From Balanoglossus misakiensis (lineage: Eukaryota > Animalia > Hemichordata), in the NCBI GenBank assembly GCA_040954595.2, contig CM082584.2, forward strand, positions 124,001 to 188,000: DNA of 64,000 nucleotides. Reading direction: 5' to 3'. Position numbers and translations under genes: made by a program. The notes under the pieces were generated by a model that was given only the letters and a program-made list of their open reading frames with translations, was not told the DNA's origin and did no database searches. Below are positions 24,963 to 37,820 of the stretch, in pieces (position 1 is the first letter of the stretch; each line of letters begins with the position of its first letter).

Positions 24963-25355
24963 CTGCCAAAACAAAAATGAAAGTATAAATTACCTGCTTG
25001 TCAAAAACTTGTACATGTACTTGTGATGTTCATTTCGTTTAAATATGTGAGCAATGTCTTCATTCCTTGTTTCAAACCTGTACATTTAAAATAACATAAT
25101 GATGCTATTGCTAGGATTTTTCTGTAAGAATCTTGAAAAATTAAAAAATGTGCCGTCAACATGATACAGAAGGCTTTCCTTTTTAACGTGCATCTCACAC
25201 TCAATTTTGACCCTACATCAGCAAATTTTGAAAGGATGAAACTTAGTAATGCTTCCACCCCATTTATTGGTGTATGGGTCCATCTATCACATTGAGAATA
25301 CCAAAAATGAGGGTTTATATACCACGCTGTGTCATAAAACAGTAATTCGACACAC

Positions 25356-25478
25356 CTACGGCACAGATGGCCCCAGTCCAACACTACTGGCAGTAACAGG
25401 TGTAGTCAGTATAAGAATTTGGTGTTTGGGAACAATAGCCTCCATTTTGACACGGATTCTGATCACATGGGTTAATGA
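25356..25478 (-). pseudogene. EGF-like exon b with stop: INPCDQNPCQNGGYCSQTPNSYTDYTCYCQ*CWTGAICAV
   Basis: 123 nt, tag/gtgtgt boundaries. The TAG is shared with 42357-42479 and 63009-63131. Confidence 0.82.
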
Positions 25479-26042
25479 CTATCAGAAAAAAAATAGTTTA
25501 AAAAACATGAAATGCAGATGGCTACACCTCAACCAAAGATGATTCCTGCACCACAACAAAATCCTTTGACACAAGCATTATACTGGAACCATACCCAGAA
25601 CACGCATTAAGTATATGATGAAGGGACAATGTCTCTATTTTGGGTAATACAGTAAAACCTGTCTTTATGGACACCTCTCTAATCAGAACACCTAGTAAGA
25701 TTGATTTTTCAAGCCAAATAGTAAGGATAATTAAGGACGTCTCTTTTACTTAATACTCAGATGTGTGCACCACCTTAGGAGAGATTACCTCATATGCACA
25801 ATTATCTCTACAGACACTAGTCTTCAAGAGGCAACTCTTGTATATTTGAGTGATGAAAACATCCAGCTTCGTACACTTCCTCACAAGTTCGTGCCTATCC
25901 TAAATTGCACGGACATACAAATGAAATTTCTGTTTTCTTTTCTCTTGGGGAAATTTTAGAAATGAGAAGTTACCACACAATTCAATTGCCATGAAGAGAA
26001 AGTGCCCAAAAGATTGTCATTTACGGTACGTCAGAAACTTAC

Positions 26043-26165
26043 ATATTTCACAACGGTTACCCTCATAGCAACCAGTACAGGCACAGGTATATGCCGTGCA
26101 GGAGTTGGCCACTGCATTACATACAGCCCCGTTGAGACAGCTGTTTCGCTGGCATGGATCTTGGA
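26043..26165 (-). CDS. EGF-like exon a (123 nt): QDPCQRNSCLNGAVCNAVANSCTAYTCACTGCYEGNRCEI
   Basis: cag/gtaagt boundaries. Copies at 43042-43164 and 63694-63816 (both Arg->Cys). Confidence 0.87.
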
Positions 26166-27590
26166 CTGCAATAAAAAGTGCAACCTAATGTTATCTCAGC
26201 AATATTTACTTTCAAAATCTGTTTGATAAAAACATCATCATTACCATTACTGTAAATACTGAACGGAACTTCACTTCCAAAAACAACTTGCTCATTCTGG
26301 GACGCACTTGTGGGGCTATGAAAATCTCTGTATATGTATCTTGTGTAGGGAAAATTTTCATGAACGATCAACATTTTTTTCTTCAAATAAACATGTTTTC
26401 TTTCAGTTGTACATCATTTTTGAGGTGAACGATTCCCAAGGCCCAAGGTGTGATGCTGAAGATGAAAATATAAAGTATGACCAACAGACAATGTATTGAG
26501 ACATGATTGTAAATGTTAGTTCCTGCATGACAAAATGTTTGTTTTAATGAGTTTTACACTGGCTGCAGTGTGTGCCGGTGAAACATCCTGGACAAGTACA
26601 CTCATAAGTTGTACACGACAGCCGAGTACACTGCCCATTGTTCAGGCATGGACTTGGCCTACATGGAGTTTGTTCTGTTTCAATGGAATGAAAATAAATA
26701 AATAGTAGTGACATAAGTTTTTAGGGTATGACCATTTCCTTAATTCCTACAGCTGTGGTTCTATCGGGTTCTCCTATAACTAAGCCTCCTTAATGTATAA
26801 CTGAACAATAAGAATTACTTATTATACTTTTGGGAGTTTAGGACTTAGTAATTGCAAAAAAGACTCAATTCCTGAAAGTGCCTATTTGGTTTGTCACATC
26901 CTAAATATACAGGTAATTTCATAGCTGCCAGCTATGACAAATATACCGGTATGAGGGGGGAAAAACAGTTCCTCGTCTGATAAATTTACCTTGGTCACAG
27001 GTGATTCCAATGATACAGCCTTGACAGCGACAGGTAAACGCACTGCACGATCCACTGATTGGCTCACAGATACCGTTGTTCATGCACGGATTGGGAGAAC
27101 ATTGATCGAGTCCTGGGGGTTGCATGTAAATCAACCAACAATTGCACATTAACATCACAAGTCATTTCACTATTTTTTCATTCCAAACTTAAAAGATTGC
27201 TTGTAACTTGCTGAACAAATATTCATATGGACAGACTATTCTAGCTTGGAACAGGCAAAATCAAGGGTGCCCTGACGCCCAACTTTTAAGAGCAGTTCAT
27301 TTACTGAAACTGCCAGCACCCAATATTATCCCACATGTAATCAATATGTGGAAATCAAATACATCTGTAACAGTTTTAATTTACCATGTGGGTATTTGCA
27401 TGGAGGGCCATGGTATTTGTTACCTACTGATAAAATACCCTTCAAAACAATATCCTCATTTCTTCAGAAGTTTGGCAACAAGACCAATAAAGTTTCACAT
27501 CAAAATTTACAATGTATAAATAAGCTTAAAAGATCTACGGAATGAAGATGGCTTGTTTGTTTGCAGGGTGTCTTGAAAGTATATACTCAC

Positions 27591-28599
27591 TTGTTTGACC
27601 ATGGACCCTAGAGAAAGAAGGACGCGCAACTCCAGTTTTTTCTTGAAATGATGTTCTTTTGCATACATTATTTCCAGATAAATCCCAATAATCCAATTTG
27701 CAAATAAACTGTGTATAAACTAACGCAAAGTCTCGTGTTTTGTGTGAAGTTATCACAACACCTCAGAACATCTCGCAGAAGACGAGAAAACTGCAACGTG
27801 GTTGAACGCAGCGATTATTTATGGAACACATCTGGACAAGTTAAACAGGAATTTGAATCTGAGTCTGACAGCGTCCAAAACAAGCATCTTTTGTCTAACA
27901 GTCCGGGTATTTCACAAGGCTGTGAGCTAACCGTACCGAGGGTTGCCTGGCGGCCATAGCGCACACATGATAATCCACCCAGTTTGTTTACAAATTGTTT
28001 TCGTGAAATCTGTTTTATTGTTCACGCAATGCGAAATAAAATGCCCCTAAACCACAATGTTTATTTCAATGCTTCACGCAAACATAAAATTATTACGAAA
28101 AGTGTCAGCGTTACTAAGAAATATGAGTGCCCAGTCGGACATGCAAAAAACATGGATGATTTGTTTACAATTTTTAAATGAAGCTTGTGGCACTAGAAAT
28201 GACCCTTCAACCGACAGACGAACACCAAACCATAATAATTAGCACAGACATCGTAATACTTTTAGAATTTTAGAAAAAAACGCAGTGGCTGCTGAAATGC
28301 AGTAGTGCCAGTTTGGTGGCAAGTTTTCGCATCACTGGTGGGGTCGACACGTGCCGAAGTAAGGAAGTCATTGTCCGACTGTCCTGGGTGTTAATTATAT
28401 ACAAAAAAACATCATCATACAGATAATCCCCAAACCCTTTGATCTTTGCCGCAGTTGCTCGCCCTTCTTTCTCTAGGGTCTATGGTTTGACAGATGTCAC
28501 CTGTGTAAGAGTTCACACACTGGCATGAATAGAAATTGCACGATGTTTGCTGGCAAAATCCACCATTCATACATGGGTTGGGATCACAGGGGTTTTGCA
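27591..28599 (-). pseudogene. EGF-like exon k split by a TIR element: QNPCDPNPCMNGGFCQQTSCNFYSCQCVNSYTGDICQT
   Basis: Exon body at 28485-28599; the last bases and gtgag donor lie beyond the insertion at about 27586-27599. Removing the element and one TSD restores 117 nt. Confidence 0.8.
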
Positions 28600-31500
28600 C
28601 TGGAAATTAAGAAAGGACGCCATTTTATTCCTTGCTACTCATTCTACAGTACAGATATGGCAAAAACCTTGCAGAATTATGGCAAGGGTGTGTGGAGTGA
28701 TTGTGCCTACAACTTATATTAGGCTGGTATCAAGTTGTTCACACCTCCATAGATCACGTGGCAGTGACTGTGAGGCAAGGGCTTCCCTTCATGAAATCAA
28801 AGACCTGTGTACTGGAGGAGGGTTCCTTGCAAATGCTTGACTTGACTTCAAGCACACCTGTAGACTCATATGTAAATTTACACTATCTGGCCTGGAGTGA
28901 GAATTTCCATAGTGGATGTGTGTTGACAAAAGGCAGTAAAATTGGCCAGTCGCGCATAATGTTTCTTGAACCAAGACAATCAAGAAATTATGCGCCACGA
29001 AAGTGATTTTGATTGGAAAGAGTGTAATCTTGCATTCGATGTCAAGAACTCTCCAAGCTCTGCTGTGGTGATGGCTACACCTATGCTCAGGAAACATGCA
29101 GTATTTGAATGAGACTGCGCTGTATACTTACATATCTCACACCTATCACCTTTGTAGCAACCAGTACATATGCAGGTGAGATCAAAGCAGGAATTTCGAG
29201 CCGGTTGACAGAAGCCACCATTCTGGCACGGATTTGGTTGACACTGGTTGAGTCCTGCAAGGAAAAGGGTCAAATTTTCCATGATCATCAGGGGTGAGTT
29301 TCCTTCAAAAATTGTGATGTGACAAACCGACAAATTAGCATATTAGCATAATCAGAATAAATAAAAAAAATGCACAGGTAGTTTAAAAGAACAAAAACTT
29401 TCGAAACGGAATAGAGCTAAGCTGCTATCCCTTTCTATTTTTGTGTTTGTACAACATCAGTGAAGTTTAAATCATAATAAAAAAATGATAATTATCATTA
29501 TTAACTGCTACAGATTCAAACTTACTTGTCTCACAACTGGTTCCCTAGTAACACTCTGTGCACATGCAAATTGTGGCAGTACAAGAATTTACCTGTTGTT
29601 GGCAGGTACCTCCATTGAGACAAGGACTTCATAAGTTGTCTGAAAACACCAGTTTGCCCAATTTTCACTAATGTATAGGAATACATGAGAAGTCGGGCAG
29701 ATTAGAAGTCGGCCAGTTCGCGCGCATGAGAAGTCGGCCAGTATGAGAAGTCGGCCAGTTGTTGAACTTGTACCCGAATAGTGCAGTAATGACCCAGATT
29801 ACTTATAACAACACTTAATAAAATATAATTGCACTAAATATTTTCATTTGGACGGATTTCCCAAATTCTTGACAACACAATGGCGTCATTTCAAATAATG
29901 GCGTCTGGCATCCGTACCAGTTCCCCAGCCCCGTATCCGCGTAAGGAGCTTAGGTTGTTCGCCAAATTCCTGTGACATTTCTGATTAAAGGGAGTTGTTT
30001 CAAAGCCTACTAAAATACATAGAAGATGTATGTGTATATTCATACTTTCTGAGACAACACCAAACAAACAAACAAACAAACGTGACAAGGAACAGACTAC
30101 TGGCGCAGCTCAAGAAGTGCAGGTGACTGATGTTGACGTACCCCGGTGACGTACATGAAAAGTGAACAGACAGTTTTAAAATTCATCGGCTATTTGTACA
30201 AATATCTCAGCTCCTGTACATCAAGGAAACATTTCGTAGTGAAACAGTTATATATAACACAAAGTACCAGGGTTCTCTCCCACAGGCCGACTTCTCGTAC
30301 TGGCCGAGACCGACTTCTCATACTGGTTGACTTCTCAGGACACCATGTATAGCTAGCTGTTGAACTCAAAAAATATGTAAAACTACAAGTGATGTAAACA
30401 ACTTGTGGAACCATGTTCAAATCGAGACAAGAAGAAAAGGGATTTCAAGACTTACCTCCTTCAGCACGTTACTGCCCTGTAGCGCACTGTGTGACACTTG
30501 TAGTTGTGCATTCATAACCAGAAGGACGTGGCCGAACCTAGCGAGTATGAACCTATCACAGAAAAAATTCAAAGAACGATTTTTACCACCATGGTTTGGT
30601 CCAACGATCCCTTATTAGAGAGATGTCCGTAATCACAGGTTTTACTGTACAATACCTCTTCAGTGGAATCATTGTGTTTTTCAAAGTGCATCACAATATC
30701 AACTCCAATAAGCATAACAGTTTAATTTTCTGTGTATGCCATGCTATAACACAGGGAAGTCACAAGAGTGATTTGCAGCCCAACTTACCAGTAACTGTTG
30801 AACAATCCACTACGGGTGACATGGTTGGACACTTGGATCCCGCTGGACAAGGCGTGCATGTGCCGTCGCCTTCCATAGCATATTCACCATTGCCACAGTC
30901 GAGCGGATCTTACATTGGATCTGAACACGATTGTCCAGCAGGGCACAGAAGACAGGATGTGCGTGCAGGCTCCTCACTTATTTCATCTGATTAAAGAAAA
31001 TGAGGTTTTTAGTGATGTATTTGTGATACAGTGTCATTTAAAATAACAAATTACTTGAGATGATTCACTTCATAATTCTGAGACAAGTATACAGGCATGT
31101 AGAAAATTCTTTGGAGGACATTAAACGTCATTTCTAATCAACCATTTTCTGAATATCATAAGACTCTGCGAGATCTCACATGGCTAACCGGGTCTCGCAA
31201 GATCTCGCACTGAGTTGATAATCTGTTGTAAACACATACATACATACACACACACACATACCCCAGTCGCACTGACTTGAAAATCTGTTGTAAACACATA
31301 CATGCATACACACATACCCCTCAGTTTCATCACACAGCAAACTGAACAAGTACCACAATCTTACCATTTGTACATCTGGTACATTTTGTTGCACCAGCCA
31401 ATGACACGTAACCCTTGGTACACTTGAATTGCGATGCACTGGGATCTATGCAGGCGTACCCTTGCTCACAAATAGTACAATGTTCAGCACCAGCTGATCT

Positions 31501-34118
31501 GTAAATCAAACAGAGAATTTACACACCAAGTTAACCTTTGAATACCACTGTAAAAATTTGGTGCAAATTTTAATTATTTTCATAAATAGAGGTCTATTCA
31601 AATTTGGAAAAATTGTCATTTTTTCATTCATATATTATATCAGTAAATTTTAAATACAGAAATAGAAAATGATCCCATCCTATTTTTCAGTTAGTAAATT
31701 ACCTGACCTAATGTTTGATGTTAGAAATAAAGGTGGGTGGGTAGAAGTTTACCTGTTATGCAAGAGGTACAGCGAGACATCCTTTGTCCAAGGCCGAACT
31801 GTAATAACCAGCCGAGCATAAAATCACAGTGTTACCATTTGGACATTGGTTACCAGCTGGGCAATCAGCACATGATGTTTGTGCTGAAAATAAACAGAGA
31901 TTTATAGAATCTTATAGTCACAGTCATACCTTCAAAGACGTGGGATTCTCACGCGGGTTGGGGAGACAAAAATCCCTGGCAAAAGATTGAGGACAGGAAA
32001 ATGCCAATCCAGAGATATTGGTAACAGAAACTGTGTACAGTCAATGCCATACGGCAGTGTGCTGTTCTAACAACAGACAAGATCGTGACGATCATAGTCT
32101 GTGTCGGAGATTTGGGTAAGAGCAAATTTGGTGAAAAGACGGGACAAAACAAAAGTCTACTTATACGATGCACATGAAAACTGGATGAAAGCGAAGCAGT
32201 CCACTATTTGAATGCATTGGATGAAAAATTGGCAGAATATTTGGACTGGACGTAATGTTTGTACGCACAGAATTACGTACATGCACATAAGATGATCGTC
32301 CGCCTTAAAGGCACGTAAGCTGCAACTGGATAAAGAAATTAAAGTTTTAAATAATCTCATATATGCTTTTAATTATGTCTATTAAATGATATTTCATGAT
32401 AATATATCAAGCTCAACACTTATTTATGACACAATGTTTATTTATGACACATTGTTTCTTGCATTTTCCCACGGTGGCGGCCATAATCGCTTGCGGCAAA
32501 GCTTTATTAAAGAAAAAACGAAAATTCCTGCAATTTTAAAAAAAGTGCAATATTGCAATGAAAAATGGAAATCTGATGTCTCAGTGGTGTACATTTACTT
32601 CCATGAGCTCAAGTGGATGAGATCATGTTTTGTTTATGAAGTTTCACAACCGGAAATGCAACATTTTCATTGTTTCTTGCATTTTCCCAGGGTGGCGGCC
32701 ATAATCGCTTGCGGCAAAGCTTTATTATTTATCTGGTTAAAACTTGCATATGCACTCATATTTAGGGTTTATAATGCTTGTGTATAGTTCACTGCCTTCA
32801 TCTGCATGGACTAATGGTAGTGCAGTTTTAAACAAAAATTATGAAAATTATCCCAAAAGTTACAGCTTACGTGCCTTTAAGTGAAAGATTACACAGTAAT
32901 GCCCAAACTTTAAGTGCTGACTCACCATCTATATTAGTGTAGTATCCATCTTCACACACCTCTGGCTCCGACATACCATCATATTGGCACTTATACCCGG
33001 GGCAGGACAAGGCGTACAGTCTATACTTCCATTGTTGGCAAAATATCCCAGTCCGCATTGTGTTGGTGATGAGAGGCTGGCTGTTCCACACATGAAACCC
33101 CTGGACACAGCGTGCATGCTTCAGAACATGCTGAACTTTAACTTCCAGCTGTGCAGTCCTGTAGGAGTGAAGACGTCAAATATTAAGGAGGTTTAGGAGC
33201 CCTCTAGCCAGCAAACTTCATCAAGGATGTACGTGCAGAACATAAACCGGAAACACTACGTGTCCGGTCTTTTTCCCATAGGATTACATTGATAATCGCC
33301 AGAAAACAAACTTCTACTATTGTCATTTTCACGAAATTTTATACATAGGTCAGTCCAGCAAATATAAATTCATTGGTCAAATAAAATATAGGGGTCACCG
33401 CGCTCTTTTTTGAGATAAATTGCATTAAGAATTTTGGCCATAGACAAACAAACCATTGGTGAAAAATCAGTAGATTTCTTCTATTATCGACCAATTTCAT
33501 GGCTCTGTATTTCAAAAACGAGCGCGGTGACCCCTATATTTTATTACGGATTTTCATTATACATACAAAAGAGAATAAAAAAATCCACAATTAAAAAAAA
33601 TGACAATACTTTCCATTTTATTGAACGTACATCCTTAATGTTACTTAGGTAGTGGAGCACCAAAACCCAAATTTTCATATCGATTGTGTATTTTGTGATA
33701 AAAGCACCAAACTTGGCTCAGATGTGTGTTAATGTGTACTGAACAAATTCAGATAGCGAGTCACTAAATATCTGTTGAAGAGTTTCCATGGCAACCAATT
33801 TTTTTTCAAAATGGCCGCAAATACAGATAATCACACCTGTTAAACATCAAAATAAATTCAGATTACAATATTTGAAACAAGAAACTACGGAAAGAATGGT
33901 TTGCAATAGAACTATGGTTATTAAACTACAAATGTACTTATAAGGGTAACTAAGGGATCAAAATACAGGTGCAACTTTCAATCCCTGGTACTCGCATTAG
34001 TATAGGTGCTCCCCCTAGTCAAACATTACGGCTAGTTGCGATATTTAACTTGAAGTACGTAAATTACACACACACGAATCGCAACAGTTAGCGAGTCACT
34101 AAATATCTATTGAAGAGT

Positions 34119-36106
34119 GACTATGCAGTATTCAAGATCCACCCTTTCCACAATACGTGTGAACTTCTACTCTCTACATGGAATGTCCGCTCAGCTAGAT
34201 GCAAATCATTAGACATTGCAGACTACATCACAGATAAAGAAATTGATATTCTTGTACTCACTGAAACATGGTTGAAGGAATCTGGTGACGAACACGTAAT
34301 GGCTGAATGTACACCACCAGGCTATGCTGTCAAACATCTACCTGGGGTTGGCAAGATCGGTGGAGGCTTAGCTTAAATTCATAAGCTAGCACTAAAATAA
34401 ACAGCTTGGAAGCCTATTCTCTCTGTTAAATCTTTTGAGGCAGCGGAAGCAACTATTCTTCACCAGAAACTTTCCATGAAAATAATTCTTGTCTACCGTC
34501 CACCACCATCAGTTAATAATAAATTCACCGCACCACAGTTCATGGAAGAGTTCAGTACAACACTTGAGAAGTATGTCACCTGCTCAAGTAATCTCTTCAT
34601 CGTAGGAGATTTCAATATTCACCTAGAAGATGATAAGAATCCAGTAACACAGAAATTCAATGGAATCATCAGCGCCTGTAATCTGAAACAATGGGTCCAA
34701 CAACCAACACACAGAAAGGGTCATACTCTTGATCTCATCTTATCTAACTCTGCGTCTAACATCAAGAGTGTCTCTGTAGACTGCTTGGAACTCTCTGATC
34801 ACAATCCTGTCAATGCAAAACTTGCTCTTCCGAAACCAACACACAGTAGACGTCAAATATCTTATCGTCATATCTGCCATTTCAATTGATAGTTTCAGCC
34901 ATGATCTCGACAAAATACATCAAATGTCCTAGCCTCCAAATGACCTCTCCTCAGCCATATCAGCTTATAACCAACCCGTCAGTCTCCATCTAAAACACGT
35001 GTACTTGATCTCATCCCTACAGCACTTGATAAGCAATGTCTTGGTAATCTGCTCACTATCATAGCCACAATTATCAATTTGTCACTCAAAACTGGAACTG
35101 TTCCTGAATAACTTAAAATAGCAGTCATCACACCAATATACTCAAGAAACCTTCGCTCGACAAAAACATTTTCAAGAACTATAGACCAGTTTCAAACCTA
35201 ACCTTCCTGTCAAAAGTAATCGGGAAGATTGTAGCACAACAACTGACATCATATTTGACTACCAACTCACTACAAGAACCACTGCAGTCAGCGTACCGAA
35301 AGGATCACAGTACCGAAACAGCACTTACTAAAGTCAACAACAATATTTGTATGGCACTGGATGCCGGTAAATGTGTACTCATGGTTCTCCTCGATCTCTC
35401 CTCTGTGTTTGATACCATAGATCACGACACAATCATCTCAAGGTTATCAAAACTGGGCATCACCAACATCGCACTACAATGGTTCTCATCATATCTTAAG
35501 AACAGACAGCAGTTTGTATGGCACAATGTCAGAACCTCAATATCTACAATATGGAGTACCACACGGTTCAGTGCTTGGCCCACTTTTGTTCTGCAGCTAT
35601 TTGTCACCACAACATCAATTTTCACCAATATGCCGATGACAACCAACTATACCAATATTTCTTCCAGTTAGACACCATAAGTACATTAGACAAGATGGAA
35701 AGGGCAGTTCACGAAATAAAAACCTGGATGACACATAATAAACTTCAACTCAATGGTGGCAAACCCGAGGTACTCCTGATAAGGTCTCAGTTCAACCGCT
35801 CGCCTCGTCCCATAAACCACATGAACATTGGATCATGTTGTGTTCAAATTGTGAATTCTGCACGGAATATAGGTGTGACATTCGACGACAATTACACTTT
35901 CAATAAGCACATTAATGCAATTTGCAAGTCAATTTTCTTTCATCTGCGTCAAATCAGCCACATTCGCCGTTACCTCACTAAGGAAGTTTGCCAGATGCTG
36001 GTTCATGCTCTAATCACATCAAAACTGGACTACTGCAATGCAATACTCTGTGGTTTACCATCATCTTGCATTCAACCGCTACAGCATGCCCTGAATTCTG
36101 CAGCCA
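34119..36106 (+). mobile_element. Degenerate LINE ORF2 (AP endonuclease plus RT), CR1/L2 group
   Basis: Endonuclease motifs WNVRS, LTETW, YRPP, GDFN, TLDL and SDH, then YRPVSNL-like and RT motifs; multiple stops and frameshifts. Confidence 0.93.
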
Positions 36107-36623
36107 CCATGGCCTCCTTCACAAAAACCTCACCAGACCCCATAATGCCTCCATCTCTTACACCACACCATATACCCACCACAAATCCTAGCCATCACCC
36201 AACCTATCATAGCCCAAACAATCCAAACCCAATCAAAATTGACCCTAGCCCCACTTATCAAGCCATCAATGCTCAACGGCAACCCAAATAACACTTAACT
36301 TAAAGATTGGCATAAATCCAAACTCATACCACTGCCACCCCAAATATACAACACAAAGACTCAATCACGAACCAATACCTACCATTTGTAGCAAATACAC
36401 GACCAAAGATTTGATCCCATCTATCATCCATATATCATCAGAAAGTTGGGACGATGAGCAATGGGGCAGAGACTGATCATCAAAAATTTGAGACAGGGAA
36501 TTCCAACAAATGAGATCATTAAGTTAAATATGCAAAGCAAATCAGAAAAGAGAATCAGAAGATTTTCTCCGAAGGACACCTTGCAAATTCATGATTGGAA
36601 AGACACTGCAGTCACATGTATAT

Positions 36624-37820
36624 TGTAGTGTCCAAACACTAGTGAGCATCTATACTTTATACATTCTGTAAAATGACGTAATGCAACATTCGGGTCATTA
36701 TGAATAAAGTGCGTGAATGAGGCTAGGCACTCTCACTCTTACATGCCGGACTTGGTGTCTCATGTTGTCATTATTGCCCACCCACGATTCTATATTTGGC
36801 GACGAGGACGGAGAACATGGAGAATCAGCTAGCCGTCAATGCCGAGTTTTCCTGTTCATTCAGACCCGACAACCACCAGTACGAGATGGAAAAAGTACAT
36901 GGTTAGAGTAGAAAACGCATTTGTCGCATTCAACATTACAGATGACAAGCGACAACGTGCACTGCTATTGCACTGGGCAGGTGAGGAAGTTTCCGACTTC
37001 TTTGATACTCTACCAGATACAGGAACGAGCTGTGAAACAGCCAAATTAAAGCTTACGTCGTACTTCTCACCCAAACGGAACATTGAATACGAACGATTCA
37101 TCTTCAGAGACACCATACAAAACAACCGCGAATCGATTGATGCCTATCACACTTGTTTGCAACGCCTAGCAGAAACATATGTGACTTCACCAATAAGGAT
37201 CAAGAGGTCAAATCACAAATCATACGAGGATTCACATCAGCCCGTCTCAGACGTCGTGCTCTTTGGGAGGAGACGACACTAGAGAATCTACTGAGTACAG
37301 CCCGTTCATTTGAGGTATCAGAGGTTCAGGCTAGTGGGATTGAGGAGAAACCCCATAATAATGGTGCAGACACGGCATCTGTGAATGCGGTCAGAAAACA
37401 GCGCCATCAACGCCCGAAACCAAAAAAAAAAAAGAGAGCTCATCAGCAGCCAGCGAAAGGACCGTCCACTTGTTATTATTGTGGTGGCACCTATCCACAT
37501 GACTCAGTATGTCCAGCTAAAGGCAAGTCATGCAGGAAGTGTGGCAAACCTAACCATTTTGCCAAATGCTACCGATCAAAAGGCAAGGCAAATAGGGTAG
37601 ACAAGGATGAAACTGTCAAAGCTGTGCATAAAGTGGAAGACAGCTCGGGAGATGAATACTGCTTCACTGTACAACAATCAAATGGCAGGAGGCCTCAAGT
37701 AACAGTGCAGATAGAACAAACAGCAGTTGCCTCACTGATCAACCCTGGTTCTACAATAAACATGATGAGTGTAAACACATACAACAACCTAAAGAACAAA
37801 CCCATGTGGCAAACAGAAAG
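36624..37820 (+). mobile_element. Older truncated Mag-type Gypsy (LTR-PBS-gag-protease remnant), uninterrupted copy
   Basis: ORFs 36839..37282 and 37153..37917 are joined by a frameshift; single ACTTC. Confidence 0.88.

Noticed and set aside
25648-25760. tacagtaaaacctgtc... as a Tc1/pogo-like MITE end
   Set aside because: No matching opposite TIR was found, so boundaries cannot be supported.
373-26165. Assignment to Notch, fibropellin, SCUBE or SVEP1
   Set aside because: The cysteine spacing differs and no diagnostic domains are present, so no gene symbol is supportable.
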